Part shown: in pieces, positions 55,713 through 64,000 of the stretch
Layout: the number at the start of each line of letters is the position of its first letter
Position numbering within the stretch: the first letter of the stretch is position 1
Origin: Ardenticatenales bacterium
GTDB taxonomy: Bacteria > Chloroflexota > Anaerolineae > Epilineales > Epilineaceae
Direction: 5' to 3'
Assembly (NCBI GenBank): GCA_020853525.1
Contig: JADYYS010000050.1
Location: 18,672-82,671 of the forward strand
DNA length: 64,000 bases
Made by a program: the position numbers and the translations under genes
The notes under the pieces: model-generated
Told to the model about the DNA's origin: nothing
Databases searched by the model: none
The model's input: only the letters and a program-made list of their open reading frames with translations

Positions 55713-57032
55713 TTACTCCTCCCACGCGAACGAGAATGCATAGTCGGTAGAAACCACCGTTTCGGCGACACCGTGGCGGCGGCGCATGACCCGGATCATG
55801 CGCATCAACTCATCCTCCTGAAGCAGCGTATCCGAGCGTTTGGCGGCGGTCAGAATCTTCTCGAAGTACGCCTCCTCCAGCTCGATGCCACGGCTTTCGA
55901 GCCAGTACCGGACGTTGTGCTCGCCGCTCATCGGACCGATCTCGATCCCGTGCTCGCGGCCAACCAGGCTGGCGGGTACACCGCAATAGACCCGCTCGGC
56001 CAGCCAAGCGTCGCCAAGCAGATTGGCCTTGGCGACGGCCGCCGCATGAACGCCGGTCGACGTTCGGAAGGCGTCAGCCCCCACCACCGGGTAGTTGAAG
56101 GGAATGGGAACCGCGCAGGCTTCCGAGGCCACATGACAGTACTCCGGTAGGGCCGTCAGGTTCCGGTCGCCGATTCCAAGCAAGCTGAGGTTGGCCAGGA
56201 GGATCTCCATCGGCGTATTCCCCGAGCGCTCGCCAATGCCCAGCGCGCAGGCGTGCACCCGGCTGGCGCCGGCCTGAATGGCCGCCAGTGAATTGGCGAC
56301 ATCAAGCCCGCGATCCCGGTGGCCGTGAAAGTCGATCGATACCGGGGCACCCGTGTCTGCGACGACCTCCCGGACGAACGAGACAAGTGCGTGCACGCCC
56401 TCGGGCATGGCGTGGCCGACCGTATCGGCAACGCACACCGCGTGCGCACCGCACTCGATAGCGGTGGTGTACAGCCGGCGCAACACCTCGGGCGCGGCAC
56501 GGGTGGTATCCTCGGTGACAAACGTGACGGGGAGTCCATGCGTGACCGCAAACGTGACCGCCGACTGCGTGAGCCGGGAGAGCTGATCGAGGTCCCAGCC
56601 CTCTACCACTTGTCGGATCGGGCTGGAACCCAAGAAGATCGCAGCCTCAATCGGTATGCCGGCGGCCTGGCTGGCGTCGACGATCGGCCGGATGTCCGCT
56701 TCCAGGGTGCGGGCTGCCGCCTGCGCCCGGATGCTGAGCCCCTGATTTGCGATCTCGCGCGCCAGTACGATGACATCCCGGTGGAAGCGTTCGCCTGCAC
56801 CTGGCAGCCCAAGGTCGGCGATATCGATGCCCAACTCATCCATGAGGTAGAGCAGGTACACCTTCTCCTGGATCTGGGGCTGGCGTACGGACGGCGATTG
56901 CAGTCCGTCCCGCAACGTCTCATCCGACAGGGCGACGTTGACCGGCCACTGCAGCAGCGTGCCGGTGCCGTTCCAATCATGAATCAGGTCGTGATGTGAT
57001 GGGTGGCTCATCGCTAAACTCCTTGGGGGCAT
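55713..57032 (-). CDS. 2-isopropylmalate / homocitrate / citramalate synthase family enzyme (HMGL-like TIM barrel, short form without the LeuA regulatory domain).
   Basis: LSDETLRDGLQ and HGHRDRGLDVANSLAAIQAGASRVHACALGIGERSGN. The start may be at 57011. Confidence 0.8.
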   Translation of the reverse strand: MPPRSLAMSHPSHHDLIHDWNGTGTLLQWPVNVALSDETLRDGLQSPSVRQPQIQEKVYLLYLMDELGIDIADLGLPGAGERFHRDVIVLAREIANQGLSIRAQAAARTLEADIRPIVDASQAAGIPIEAAIFLGSSPIRQVVEGWDLDQLSRLTQSAVTFAVTHGLPVTFVTEDTTRAAPEVLRRLYTTAIECGAHAVCVADTVGHAMPEGVHALVSFVREVVADTGAPVSIDFHGHRDRGLDVANSLAAIQAGASRVHACALGIGERSGNTPMEILLANLSLLGIGDRNLTALPEYCHVASEACAVPIPFNYPVVGADAFRTSTGVHAAAVAKANLLGDAWLAERVYCGVPASLVGREHGIEIGPMSGEHNVRYWLESRGIELEEAYFEKILTAAKRSDTLLQEDELMRMIRVMRRRHGVAETVVSTDYAFSFAWEE

Positions 57033-57068
57033 GCGCCCTTCGAAACCGGGCCGTGGTCTGGCCGTGGC

Positions 57069-58154
57069 CTACGAGGGCAACGGCGATTGCCCGTGGCCGG
57101 ACCCGGCCACCAGCCGAGCGGGCAGCGCCGCCGACCCTGCTCCTTCGACGAGGAATGCAACGACGATGCCGTATAAGGCAAGATGCCCGAGCAGCTCCGA
57201 TCCGAAGATGGTCGCTGTCGTGGCGAACAGCAGCGTGAGAACGACGGCCAGCGGTCCCACCAACACGCCGAGGGTGAGCGCAACGCCGACTCCGATCTCC
57301 ACCAATCCAGCCCCGAAAACGTATAACTCACGGGTCACCCAAGACCCCAGCACCGTCCGCACTGGCTCGAAAATGACATCGGCATGGTTGTCGACCACAC
57401 CCATCGCCAACTCCGGATGGATCCACTTTTCGTTGAGCCCGTAGTAGATCAGGCTCAGACCGAGCGCGATCCGGATCATGGCGATGGACTGCGAGCCGGT
57501 GAGCCACCGCGGTCGGAGCCAGCCGTCCGTCCACGCGGATCGACCCATGCGGCGAGCGAGCCAGTGCTCCAGATGCCACCGGGGCCGCCCGCGGACGATG
57601 ACGAAGAGTGCCAGCGGAATGTAGATGAGATAGTCGACCAAGTCCGTTGCCGGGAACCACGCGAACGACAGACCGAACAAGCCGATGACACCCCACGCTG
57701 CCGGTCCGACGCCCAGCCCAACCACCAGCATGGTGCCAAGCACGGCCTCAGCTGCCTGCACGGCCGGCGGCACGGACAGCTCCCGTCCCCAGGCTGTACC
57801 GGTCGCCGCCATGGCCAGCAGCGTCGTACCCAACCCAAGCTCCACGGCCACGGGCGTCCAGTCCATGAGCCGGCCGCGGACAGCGGCCGCGGACTGGCCC
57901 ACACCGCGGGTGCGAGCCATCTTGTCGACGACAACTCCGATGGCCAGCAGGAGTATGGCCGTCACGCCGAGCCCAACGTTGACGCGGTTGAGGGTGGTGA
58001 ACAAGGCCGGATCAAACGGGTCAACCGGTGTGTGTGGAACCCACTTGCTGTGGGCCTCGGCAGTCCGCGAACCAGCCACCAGCGCCACCGAGACCGCGCC
58101 CATGACGCCCGCAAGGCGGACGAGGGAGGGACGACACGCAACTCCGGCCTTCAT
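57069..58154 (-). CDS. Polytopic membrane protein of unknown family, between iorB and the synthase.
   Basis: Signal-like N-terminus and at least 8 hydrophobic helices. Its stop overlaps the iorB start. Confidence 0.5.
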   Translation of the reverse strand: MKAGVACRPSLVRLAGVMGAVSVALVAGSRTAEAHSKWVPHTPVDPFDPALFTTLNRVNVGLGVTAILLLAIGVVVDKMARTRGVGQSAAAVRGRLMDWTPVAVELGLGTTLLAMAATGTAWGRELSVPPAVQAAEAVLGTMLVVGLGVGPAAWGVIGLFGLSFAWFPATDLVDYLIYIPLALFVIVRGRPRWHLEHWLARRMGRSAWTDGWLRPRWLTGSQSIAMIRIALGLSLIYYGLNEKWIHPELAMGVVDNHADVIFEPVRTVLGSWVTRELYVFGAGLVEIGVGVALTLGVLVGPLAVVLTLLFATTATIFGSELLGHLALYGIVVAFLVEGAGSAALPARLVAGSGHGQSPLPS

Positions 58155-58825
58155 AAGACACCCCCGCTGTCTGGCTGGGTGGCGGCACGCATCGCCGGTT
58201 CCCGCCCCAGCGATCCTCCAAGTGCGACCCCCAAGGAAAAGGCACGGCGGTTCAACTCCAGGAAGCGCTCAGGCACCAGCTTCGTCAGGAGATCGGACCA
58301 AAGGTCAACCGGAATGGGAAGGTGGGTGGACAGGAGCCCCAGTACCAGCACGTTCGCCACGCGGCCATTTCCTAACTCTCGCTCCGCGAGGTCGGTCGCC
58401 GGCACCTCGATCACACGCAGCCCATGGCTGCGCAGGACGCTCACCGCATCGTGGGGGTAGCGGGACACGGCGTCCGAGCCGGCGGAGACGGGTGGGATCT
58501 CGTGCGCATTGACAACGATCGCCCCGCCAGGTCGCAGGAAGTGTGCGAACCGCACAGCCTCCAACTTCTCCATCCCGACCACCAGGTCAGCCTGGCCAAC
58601 AGGGATGAGGGGCGAGTGCACTTGGGTTCCGAAGCGGACGTGGCTATGGACGCTGCCGCCCCGCTGTGAGACGCCATGCACTTCCGTCTGGGTGGCATCG
58701 TGACCGGCGGCGATCGCCGCGCGTGCGATGACCTCGCTGACCAAGAGCACTCCCTGACCACCGACACCGGAAACCAGCACGCTGGTGATCGTCGGTTCGG
58801 TCGCATTCGGCACGGCAGTCATCGT
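58151..58825 (-). CDS. iorB: Indolepyruvate:ferredoxin oxidoreductase beta subunit.
   Basis: MTAVPNATEPTITSVLVSGVGGQGVLLVSEVIARAA is the pyruvate/ketoisovalerate oxidoreductase gamma-type domain. Confidence 0.8.
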   Translation of the reverse strand, partial: TMTAVPNATEPTITSVLVSGVGGQGVLLVSEVIARAAIAAGHDATQTEVHGVSQRGGSVHSHVRFGTQVHSPLIPVGQADLVVGMEKLEAVRFAHFLRPGGAIVVNAHEIPPVSAGSDAVSRYPHDAVSVLRSHGLRVIEVPATDLAERELGNGRVANVLVLGLLSTHLPIPVDLWSDLLTKLVPERFLELNRRAFSLGVALGGSLGREPAMRAATQPDSGGVL

Positions 58826-60609
58826 TCTCCACCGTCCGCCGGGTCTGGCATGGACGGTACGGCGTGGCCGTTGCCGACGAGCGGCAGGATGGCATCGTAG
58901 CGGCACAATTGCTGACAGACGGTGCAAGTCACACAGGCGGCGGCATCGATCGTCGGCAATCCGTGCGGTCCCGAAGTAATGGCCGGACACTGGATGCGGT
59001 AGCAGGCGTTGCATTCGGTGCACAGGCTCTCGTCCACCACCAGCGGTTCGAGATCGCGGGCGCGCATCTCGGGTAGCAGCTGACAGGGACCGCGAATGAT
59101 CGCCACGGATGGTCCATCATGGGCCAGCGCGGAGAGCACCGCCCGACGAATGGCGGACCGGTCCCATGTATCCACGACCACGACGTCCTTCACTCCAACA
59201 GCCCTGACCAATGCCTCAAGGTCCAGAACTGGGGCATCGACGCCGGCCATGTCGTAGCCGGCGACTGGGTTGGGCTGTTGGCCAGTCATACCGGTCGTAC
59301 CGTTATCCAGGATCAGTAGCGTGATCGGCGTTCGGGTGTAGACAGCATCGATCAGACTGGGAATGCCCGTGTGAAGAAAGGTCGAATCGCCGATGACTGC
59401 CACGCTCCGCTTCACACCGGCACGAAGGAGGCCGATGGCGTTGCCGATACTGGCGCCCATGCAGAACGTCAGGTGTTCGGCCTCGTAGGGCGGCAGCGCC
59501 CCCATCGTGTAACAGCCGATGTCGCCGGCCACGGTCACCCTCAATTGGCCCAGAGCATCGAATACCGTCCGGTGACCACAGCCGACACAGAACATCGGCG
59601 GACGGGAAGGCGCCGGTATGGACGTATTGAGGGCTCGCGCGAACACACGCCCATCGATCGCCTCGGCCAAGCGCTCGGGGCTATACTCGCCACAGATGCC
59701 GAACAGGTCCTTTCCGATGATGTTGGTAGCTCCCGCAGCCCGCAGCTGCTCCTCGATGAACGGGTCGCCCTCCTCGACCACGTACACCGTTTCGTGGTCA
59801 CGACAGAAGGACAGCAGTCCTACCAGCGGTAGCGGGTACGTGAGTCCCAAGTCGAAGTAGTCGGCCTCGGGCAGTACCTCGCGGGCATAGGCACGCGAGA
59901 TGCCGTTGGCGACGACCCCGATTGGTCGGCCGGTCACCGACACCCGATTGAATGGCGTCGTCTCGGCATAGATCGCCAAGCGGCCCAGTCGATCCTCCAG
60001 AAGCGGCCGCAGCTGCCGACCGTAGATGGGAACCGAGAATCGCCTTGGATCGGGGTCGAACGCCACCGGCGGCACCTCGCGGCGCCCGCCCGTCGAGACG
60101 CGCCCCTTGCAGTGTGCGGTACGCGTCGTCGTCCGAACCATCACCGGCGTACCAAACGCCTCGCTCAACTCGAAGGCCTGCCGCATGAACTCGAGGCACT
60201 CCTGCGGCGTACCTGGTTCGACGATGGGCACCCGTGCCATTCGGGCGAGATAGCGGTTGTCTTGCTCGTTTTGGGAGGAGTGCATGCCAGGGTCGTCCGC
60301 TGAGACGACCACGAAACCGCCGTTCGTTCCGGAATAGGGAAAGACCATGAACGGATCGGCTGCCACATTGAGGCCGACGTGCTTCATGGTCACGAGCGCC
60401 CGCCCGCCGGCAACAGCGAAGCCGATGCCCTCCTCGAAGGCCACCTTCTCATTTGTTGACCAATGGGTGTCCACCTCGGGGTAGCCCACCAGGGACTCGA
60501 GTATCTCGGTGCTGGGGGTACCGGGGTAACCGGTCGCGTAGCGCACACCCGCCTCCCACGCTCCACGCGCCAGCGCTTCGTTTCCACTCAAGAAGTCACG
60601 CATGCCCAT
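58819..60609 (-). CDS. iorA: Indolepyruvate:ferredoxin oxidoreductase alpha subunit (TPP + 2x[4Fe-4S]).
   Basis: MGMRDFLSGNEALARGAWEAGVRYATGYPGTPSTEILE, ...GDSTFLHTG..., the ferredoxin motifs CTECNACYRIQCP and CVTCTVCQQLC. Confidence 0.85.
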   Translation of the reverse strand: MGMRDFLSGNEALARGAWEAGVRYATGYPGTPSTEILESLVGYPEVDTHWSTNEKVAFEEGIGFAVAGGRALVTMKHVGLNVAADPFMVFPYSGTNGGFVVVSADDPGMHSSQNEQDNRYLARMARVPIVEPGTPQECLEFMRQAFELSEAFGTPVMVRTTTRTAHCKGRVSTGGRREVPPVAFDPDPRRFSVPIYGRQLRPLLEDRLGRLAIYAETTPFNRVSVTGRPIGVVANGISRAYAREVLPEADYFDLGLTYPLPLVGLLSFCRDHETVYVVEEGDPFIEEQLRAAGATNIIGKDLFGICGEYSPERLAEAIDGRVFARALNTSIPAPSRPPMFCVGCGHRTVFDALGQLRVTVAGDIGCYTMGALPPYEAEHLTFCMGASIGNAIGLLRAGVKRSVAVIGDSTFLHTGIPSLIDAVYTRTPITLLILDNGTTGMTGQQPNPVAGYDMAGVDAPVLDLEALVRAVGVKDVVVVDTWDRSAIRRAVLSALAHDGPSVAIIRGPCQLLPEMRARDLEPLVVDESLCTECNACYRIQCPAITSGPHGLPTIDAAACVTCTVCQQLCRYDAILPLVGNGHAVPSMPDPADGGER

Positions 60610-60692
60610 GAATCAACCCGCGGTTGGAAGTGGAAGGAGGGCAACCGTCCGTTCGTTTCGCAGCTTACAGAACGGAGGGATCGCCAGAGGTA

Positions 60693-61568
60693 TCACTGGC
60701 TCAGCCCCACGACGACACCGGTGTGCTCGGGCGCATCCATCAAGACGCGATCCACGAATGCACTCGCACTGGGGGTCAGCGCCTCGTGATAGCGCTGGAA
60801 GAGCGTGGTGGCACGGTGGCCAAGCCATCCTTCGGGGAGCAGATCGTTGGGTAGGTGAGGGTCAACGTAGGGGAAGGACAGGAAGCTGAGCGTAAGCTGG
60901 AAACGGCGGACGAACGCAGTCGACGCATCGCTGCCGCCGTCGCGGGGCTGGCCACTGCTGTTGCTCTCGAACTCGGATCCGAACTGGCGGATAAACGTCT
61001 CGTAGGCCGCGTTCAGCTGCTGGAGGTCCCAGGCCCGCGCCACGAGCTGATGCGGTTGTCCGAAGCCGTCATGTTGTGCGGTGAACAGGTCCACGTACTG
61101 CTGAGCGCCCACCGATTCGAGCCAGCCATGTAGCTCCCGAGGTGGCTCGTAGGGCGAGATCCAGGTGCCGGCACTGAGGTGCCCAAAGCCAAGCCACGTC
61201 AGGCGCTGACGCAGACGATCCCGCAATTGGTGGGTTCGCTCGGGGATCGTGTATGTCACCAGGTGCCAGCGCCCGTCCCAGGGCTCACGACGGGGTTGAA
61301 AGAGGTGCTGCGCACCCTCGTCCAGAATCCGGATGCCCTTGTCCGTCAGTCGATAGTAGCTGTGACGACCGGATCGGCGCCCGAGAAGCCACCCGCTTCG
61401 CGACATACGCGATAGGGTCGAGCGTACCGCCTGTGCGCTCAGTCCGAGTGGGGCGAGCAGGCTGATGAGGCTGCCGGTCCACACTTCATCCACTCGATGG
61501 CGCAAATGGTCACCGTAGAGCGTGAACACGAGCTGATGGCTCCGCTTGGAGGGCAATCTGCTTATCAT
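60693..61568 (-). CDS. paaX: PaaX-family transcriptional regulator (phenylacetyl-CoA-responsive repressor family).
   Basis: SKRSHQLVFTLYGDHLRHRVDEVWTGSLISLLAPLGLSAQAVRSTLSRMSRSGWL is the PaaX N-terminal wHTH. C-terminal PaaX_C-like region. Confidence 0.8.
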   Translation of the reverse strand: MISRLPSKRSHQLVFTLYGDHLRHRVDEVWTGSLISLLAPLGLSAQAVRSTLSRMSRSGWLLGRRSGRHSYYRLTDKGIRILDEGAQHLFQPRREPWDGRWHLVTYTIPERTHQLRDRLRQRLTWLGFGHLSAGTWISPYEPPRELHGWLESVGAQQYVDLFTAQHDGFGQPHQLVARAWDLQQLNAAYETFIRQFGSEFESNSSGQPRDGGSDASTAFVRRFQLTLSFLSFPYVDPHLPNDLLPEGWLGHRATTLFQRYHEALTPSASAFVDRVLMDAPEHTGVVVGLSQ

Positions 61569-61581
61569 ATGTCACAGCAAG

Positions 61582-61606
61582 ATGTGCCGTGGCAAAAGCG
61601 GCACAT
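61582..61606. promoter_or_regulatory. Inverted repeat ATGTGCCG-N9-CGGCACAT in the paaX upstream region. Candidate operator.
   Basis: Seen in the sequence. Confidence 0.3.
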
Positions 61607-61689
61607 ATTGAGTATGGAGCACGAGATAGACATTGTCAACCTCCCGTTGGCTCGCTCCGGCGCCTCGCTCCTGGCAAGACCACTCTGGC

Positions 61690-62880
61690 CTACTCCACTT
61701 TGAGGACCAGAGCTGCCGCGCTGTCGCCCGCCGAACAGCCGACGAACAGGCCGTACCCGCCGCCGGACATCGCCAGCGTTTCGATGAGTTCGATCACGGA
61801 ACGCAGTCCCGTCGGCGCCTGCGGGTGGCCCCAGACCAGCGAGGAGCCGAAACGGTTCATCGCGGTCAGATCCAGCCCGAGCGCGCGGCTGAGGTAGATG
61901 TCGTTGACAGCAAACGGGTTGTGGGTGGTAACTGCCGTCAGATCCCCGGCCTTGACGTCGGCCTCAGCAAGAGCGCGGACCGCCGCCGGTACGATGGCCT
62001 GGGGCATGTATCCAGGCTTGGCGCGTGCCTCGGCATAACTCACGAGCTGAACGGTGATGCCGTCGTGACTGAGTTCGGCCGCCCGCGACGCAGTGGTTAC
62101 CACGGCGCCTGCATTGCCATCGGCCGGATGCGTTTGACCGCCTGCGGTCACCGTCCCACCCGGCATCACAGGCTTGAGTTGGTTCAGCCCGTCGACGGTC
62201 GTCGGATGAATACCTTCATCGCCCTCGACCGTGATCGACCGCCGACCGTTGCCGGAAACTTCCAGAGGGATCGGCATGTACCGTCGCTGGAAGGCCCTAT
62301 CATCGGCCAGAGAGTCAAGGTATTGCGCATAGCGCAAGAGCACCACCTCGTGCTGCTCCACCGTGGTGATCCCCGCTTCCCTCGCCACGTTCTCTGCGGT
62401 CTGGAGCATCGTCCCGCCGGTCGACGGGTCGAAGCCGAAGTTGTCCCAGACCCAATCCTCCGCCAACGGCCGTGCCCCGGGTCCCGCATTGGGCCACACC
62501 AAGTGCGGGCCATTGCTTGTGCGATCGGCAGCGATCACGAGCACACAGCGATCTGCAGCCGTCTCGACCTCACCGGCGGCCACGGCCAACGCCCGCGCCG
62601 AGGTGGCGCATGCCTGGCTGACCACCGTCCCTGTGACCTCGCCCGCTCCCAAGAGCCCCGTCAGCCACGGTCCGCCGTAGAAACCGTGCGGCGACGGCAC
62701 CGTCGTACCGAGCACCAGTCCATCAAGCACGCTCGCCGGGATGGCGGACTTGGTGAGAGACTGGCTCGCCACTTCGGCTGCAAGCTGGAGCGGATGAAGA
62801 CCGGCAAAGCTGCCCTGCCAGCGGCAGAACGGGGACGACCAGTACGCGCCGTACGGGATGAACACACGGTCGTAACGCAT
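61690..62880 (-). CDS. Thiolase-family protein (acetyl-CoA C-acyltransferase-like).
   Basis: VSQACATSARAL (Cys nucleophile), GHPQAPTG, and GCSAG near the C-terminus. Confidence 0.8.
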   Translation of the reverse strand: MRYDRVFIPYGAYWSSPFCRWQGSFAGLHPLQLAAEVASQSLTKSAIPASVLDGLVLGTTVPSPHGFYGGPWLTGLLGAGEVTGTVVSQACATSARALAVAAGEVETAADRCVLVIAADRTSNGPHLVWPNAGPGARPLAEDWVWDNFGFDPSTGGTMLQTAENVAREAGITTVEQHEVVLLRYAQYLDSLADDRAFQRRYMPIPLEVSGNGRRSITVEGDEGIHPTTVDGLNQLKPVMPGGTVTAGGQTHPADGNAGAVVTTASRAAELSHDGITVQLVSYAEARAKPGYMPQAIVPAAVRALAEADVKAGDLTAVTTHNPFAVNDIYLSRALGLDLTAMNRFGSSLVWGHPQAPTGLRSVIELIETLAMSGGGYGLFVGCSAGDSAAALVLKVE

Positions 62881-62895
62881 CCGTCCGCGCCCGCT

Positions 62896-63657
62896 TCAGA
62901 TCCGCGCGCCAGCGTCCACGACAAGACACTGGCCGGTGATGTAGCTGGCGTCATCGCTGGCCAGGAACGCATGGACCGCGGCAATCTCGTCCGGTTCGGC
63001 CAGCCGTCCGAACGGGATCTTGGCCACTAGGCCGGCCATGACCGGGTCGGGAATCGCCTCGGTCATGCGTGTACGCACGCCGCCCGGCGCCACGGCATTC
63101 ACGTGGATGCCGTGGCGACCCAGCTCGAGCGCCAAGGTGCGGGTGAGCCCGATGATTCCCGCCTTGCTGGCGGAGTAGTTCGCCTGACCGATGTTGCCGA
63201 AGGCCGAGACCGAGGCAGTGTTGACGATCTTGCCGTACCGTTGGCGGATCATGGGCACGGCTGCCGCCTGGCAGCACAGGAATGTACCCTTGAGGTTGAC
63301 CGCCAAGACGTCGTCCCAGTCGGCTTCGCGCATGCGCTGGGGCTCGCCATCCTTGATGCGAACTGTGATGGCATCACGGATGATTCCGGCGTTGTTGACG
63401 AGGATGTCCAGCCGTCCCCAACCCGCCAGCACTCCGTCAACCATCGCCTCCACCTCACTCCGCGAGGTGACATCGCCCGGAGCAAGGCGTGCCTCACCCC
63501 CTGCTTCACGCACCAACGCCACCGTCTCCTCAGCACCAACGGCGTCCAAATCGTTGACCGCGACATGTGCCCCCTCAGCGGCCAACCGTAGTGCCGTGGA
63601 ACGACCGATACCACCGCCACTGCCCGTGATCAACGCCACCCGATTCTCGAGCCTCAC
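62896..63657 (-). CDS. SDR-family oxidoreductase (3-hydroxyacyl-CoA / 3-oxoacyl reductase-like).
   Basis: TGSGGGIGRS, NNAG, and the YSASKAG catalytic motif. Confidence 0.85.
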   Translation of the reverse strand: MRLENRVALITGSGGGIGRSTALRLAAEGAHVAVNDLDAVGAEETVALVREAGGEARLAPGDVTSRSEVEAMVDGVLAGWGRLDILVNNAGIIRDAITVRIKDGEPQRMREADWDDVLAVNLKGTFLCCQAAAVPMIRQRYGKIVNTASVSAFGNIGQANYSASKAGIIGLTRTLALELGRHGIHVNAVAPGGVRTRMTEAIPDPVMAGLVAKIPFGRLAEPDEIAAVHAFLASDDASYITGQCLVVDAGARI

Positions 63658-64000
63658 CCCGACCTCCTCATCATGAGCAGCCAGTGGCCATCCATGACGG
63701 TCTGGTCGTCCTGGTTCACCACGACAGTGTTCACCGTCACCAGACCGCGACGGCCATCCGACGTCTCCTTCATGGCGGTCACCTCCAACTCCAGATGCAC
63801 GGTGTCGGCCAAGTGCACCGGGCCGCGGTAGTGCAGCATCTGCTCCATGAGCGCCAACGTGGTGCCCTCGAACACGCCCAACTGGTTGGCCAGCCCGGTG
63901 GCGATGGCTGCGATCAACATGCCATGTGCTACACGGCCACCAAAGGGGGTGCTTGAGGCAAAGGATTGGTCCGTATGCAATGGGTTGAAGTCCCCGGACA
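63654..64000 (-). CDS. MaoC-like (R)-specific enoyl-CoA hydratase, C-terminal part. The N-terminus lies beyond the right edge of the window.
   Basis: ...FGGRVAHGMLIAAIATGL... is a hot-dog fold. Its stop overlaps the SDR start. Confidence 0.65.
   Translation of the reverse strand, partial: SGDFNPLHTDQSFASSTPFGGRVAHGMLIAAIATGLANQLGVFEGTTLALMEQMLHYRGPVHLADTVHLELEVTAMKETSDGRRGLVTVNTVVVNQDDQTVMDGHWLLMMRRSG

Noticed and set aside
51556-57032. Plain leucine biosynthesis operon (leuA-leuC-leuD-leuB)
   Set aside because: The synthase is the short form without the LeuA regulatory domain. An acyl-CoA dehydrogenase is inserted between leuD-like and leuB-like. The module is embedded between iorAB and a Mo hydroxylase under a PaaX regulator. 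This is not the canonical leu operon context, although the enzymes could still serve Leu/Ile/Lys synthesis.

Overview
This is a high-GC (roughly 68-70%) bacterial chromosomal segment with dense coding, no rRNA, tRNA, CRISPR array or transposase/integrase detected, and many long antisense ORFs that I treat as GC artefacts. Reading left to right: 1. Left end (1-1470): the 5' part of an asparagine synthase gene (minus strand), followed by two tandem copies of a ~75-bp palindromic repeat unit. A third copy of that repeat sits at 46.2 kb. 2. CotH / VTC / DUF4956 locus (1467-7049): a secreted CotH-kinase-family protein with lamin-tail domains is transcribed divergently from a translationally coupled VTC-domain + DUF4956 membrane-protein pair. 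3. Housekeeping-type genes (7089-10657): a SpoU/TrmH RNA methyltransferase and a fused GlcD-GlcE FAD oxidase. 4. Minus-strand envelope/redox cluster (10708-18997): TolB-propeller/M28/PDZ lipoprotein peptidase, an FG-GAP/ASPIC(CRTAC1-like)+TPR protein, and a membrane-anchored multihaem cytochrome c. 5. 19.2-25.0 kb: a DUF420 membrane protein, a giant repetitive secreted protein and an alpha/beta-hydrolase lipoprotein. 6. Metal-sensor locus (25041-25779): an ArsR/SmtB-type Cys-rich regulator behind a textbook TTGACA-N16-TATAAT promoter embedded in ATCGAT-containing palindromes, followed by a tiny Cys/Gly-rich metallothionein-like ORF. 7. A ~235-bp giant imperfect palindrome (25801-26035) immediately upstream of gyrB-like and gyrA-like type IIA topoisomerase genes. 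8. Lower-GC defence/TA islet (30978-36768): HigB-HigA, an orphan HicB-like ORF, a gamma-class N6-adenine methyltransferase with an overlapping putative PD-(D/E)xK nuclease, an orphan AbiEi antitoxin and an AadA-like nucleotidyltransferase. 9. 37-47 kb: small membrane proteins plus a NarL-type two-component system, a MarR-DoxX pair, and SCO and PCu(A)C copper chaperones. 10. Right third (46920-64000): one uninterrupted minus-strand array of 16 genes. It comprises MaoC hydratase, SDR, thiolase, PaaX, IorA, IorB, a membrane protein, a 2-isopropylmalate/homocitrate-synthase-like enzyme, LeuC-like, LeuD-like, an acyl-CoA dehydrogenase, an IPMDH-like dehydrogenase, a CoxS/L/M-type molybdenum hydroxylase whose FAD subunit carries a Cys loop like 4-hydroxybenzoyl-CoA reductase, and a hemerythrin. 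I interpret this array as a candidate undescribed aryl-pyruvate / aryl-CoA pathway that combines 2-oxoacid chain elongation with beta-oxidation and a reductive Mo enzyme. All functional calls rest on motif recognition by eye from the ORF translations; no database search was run.
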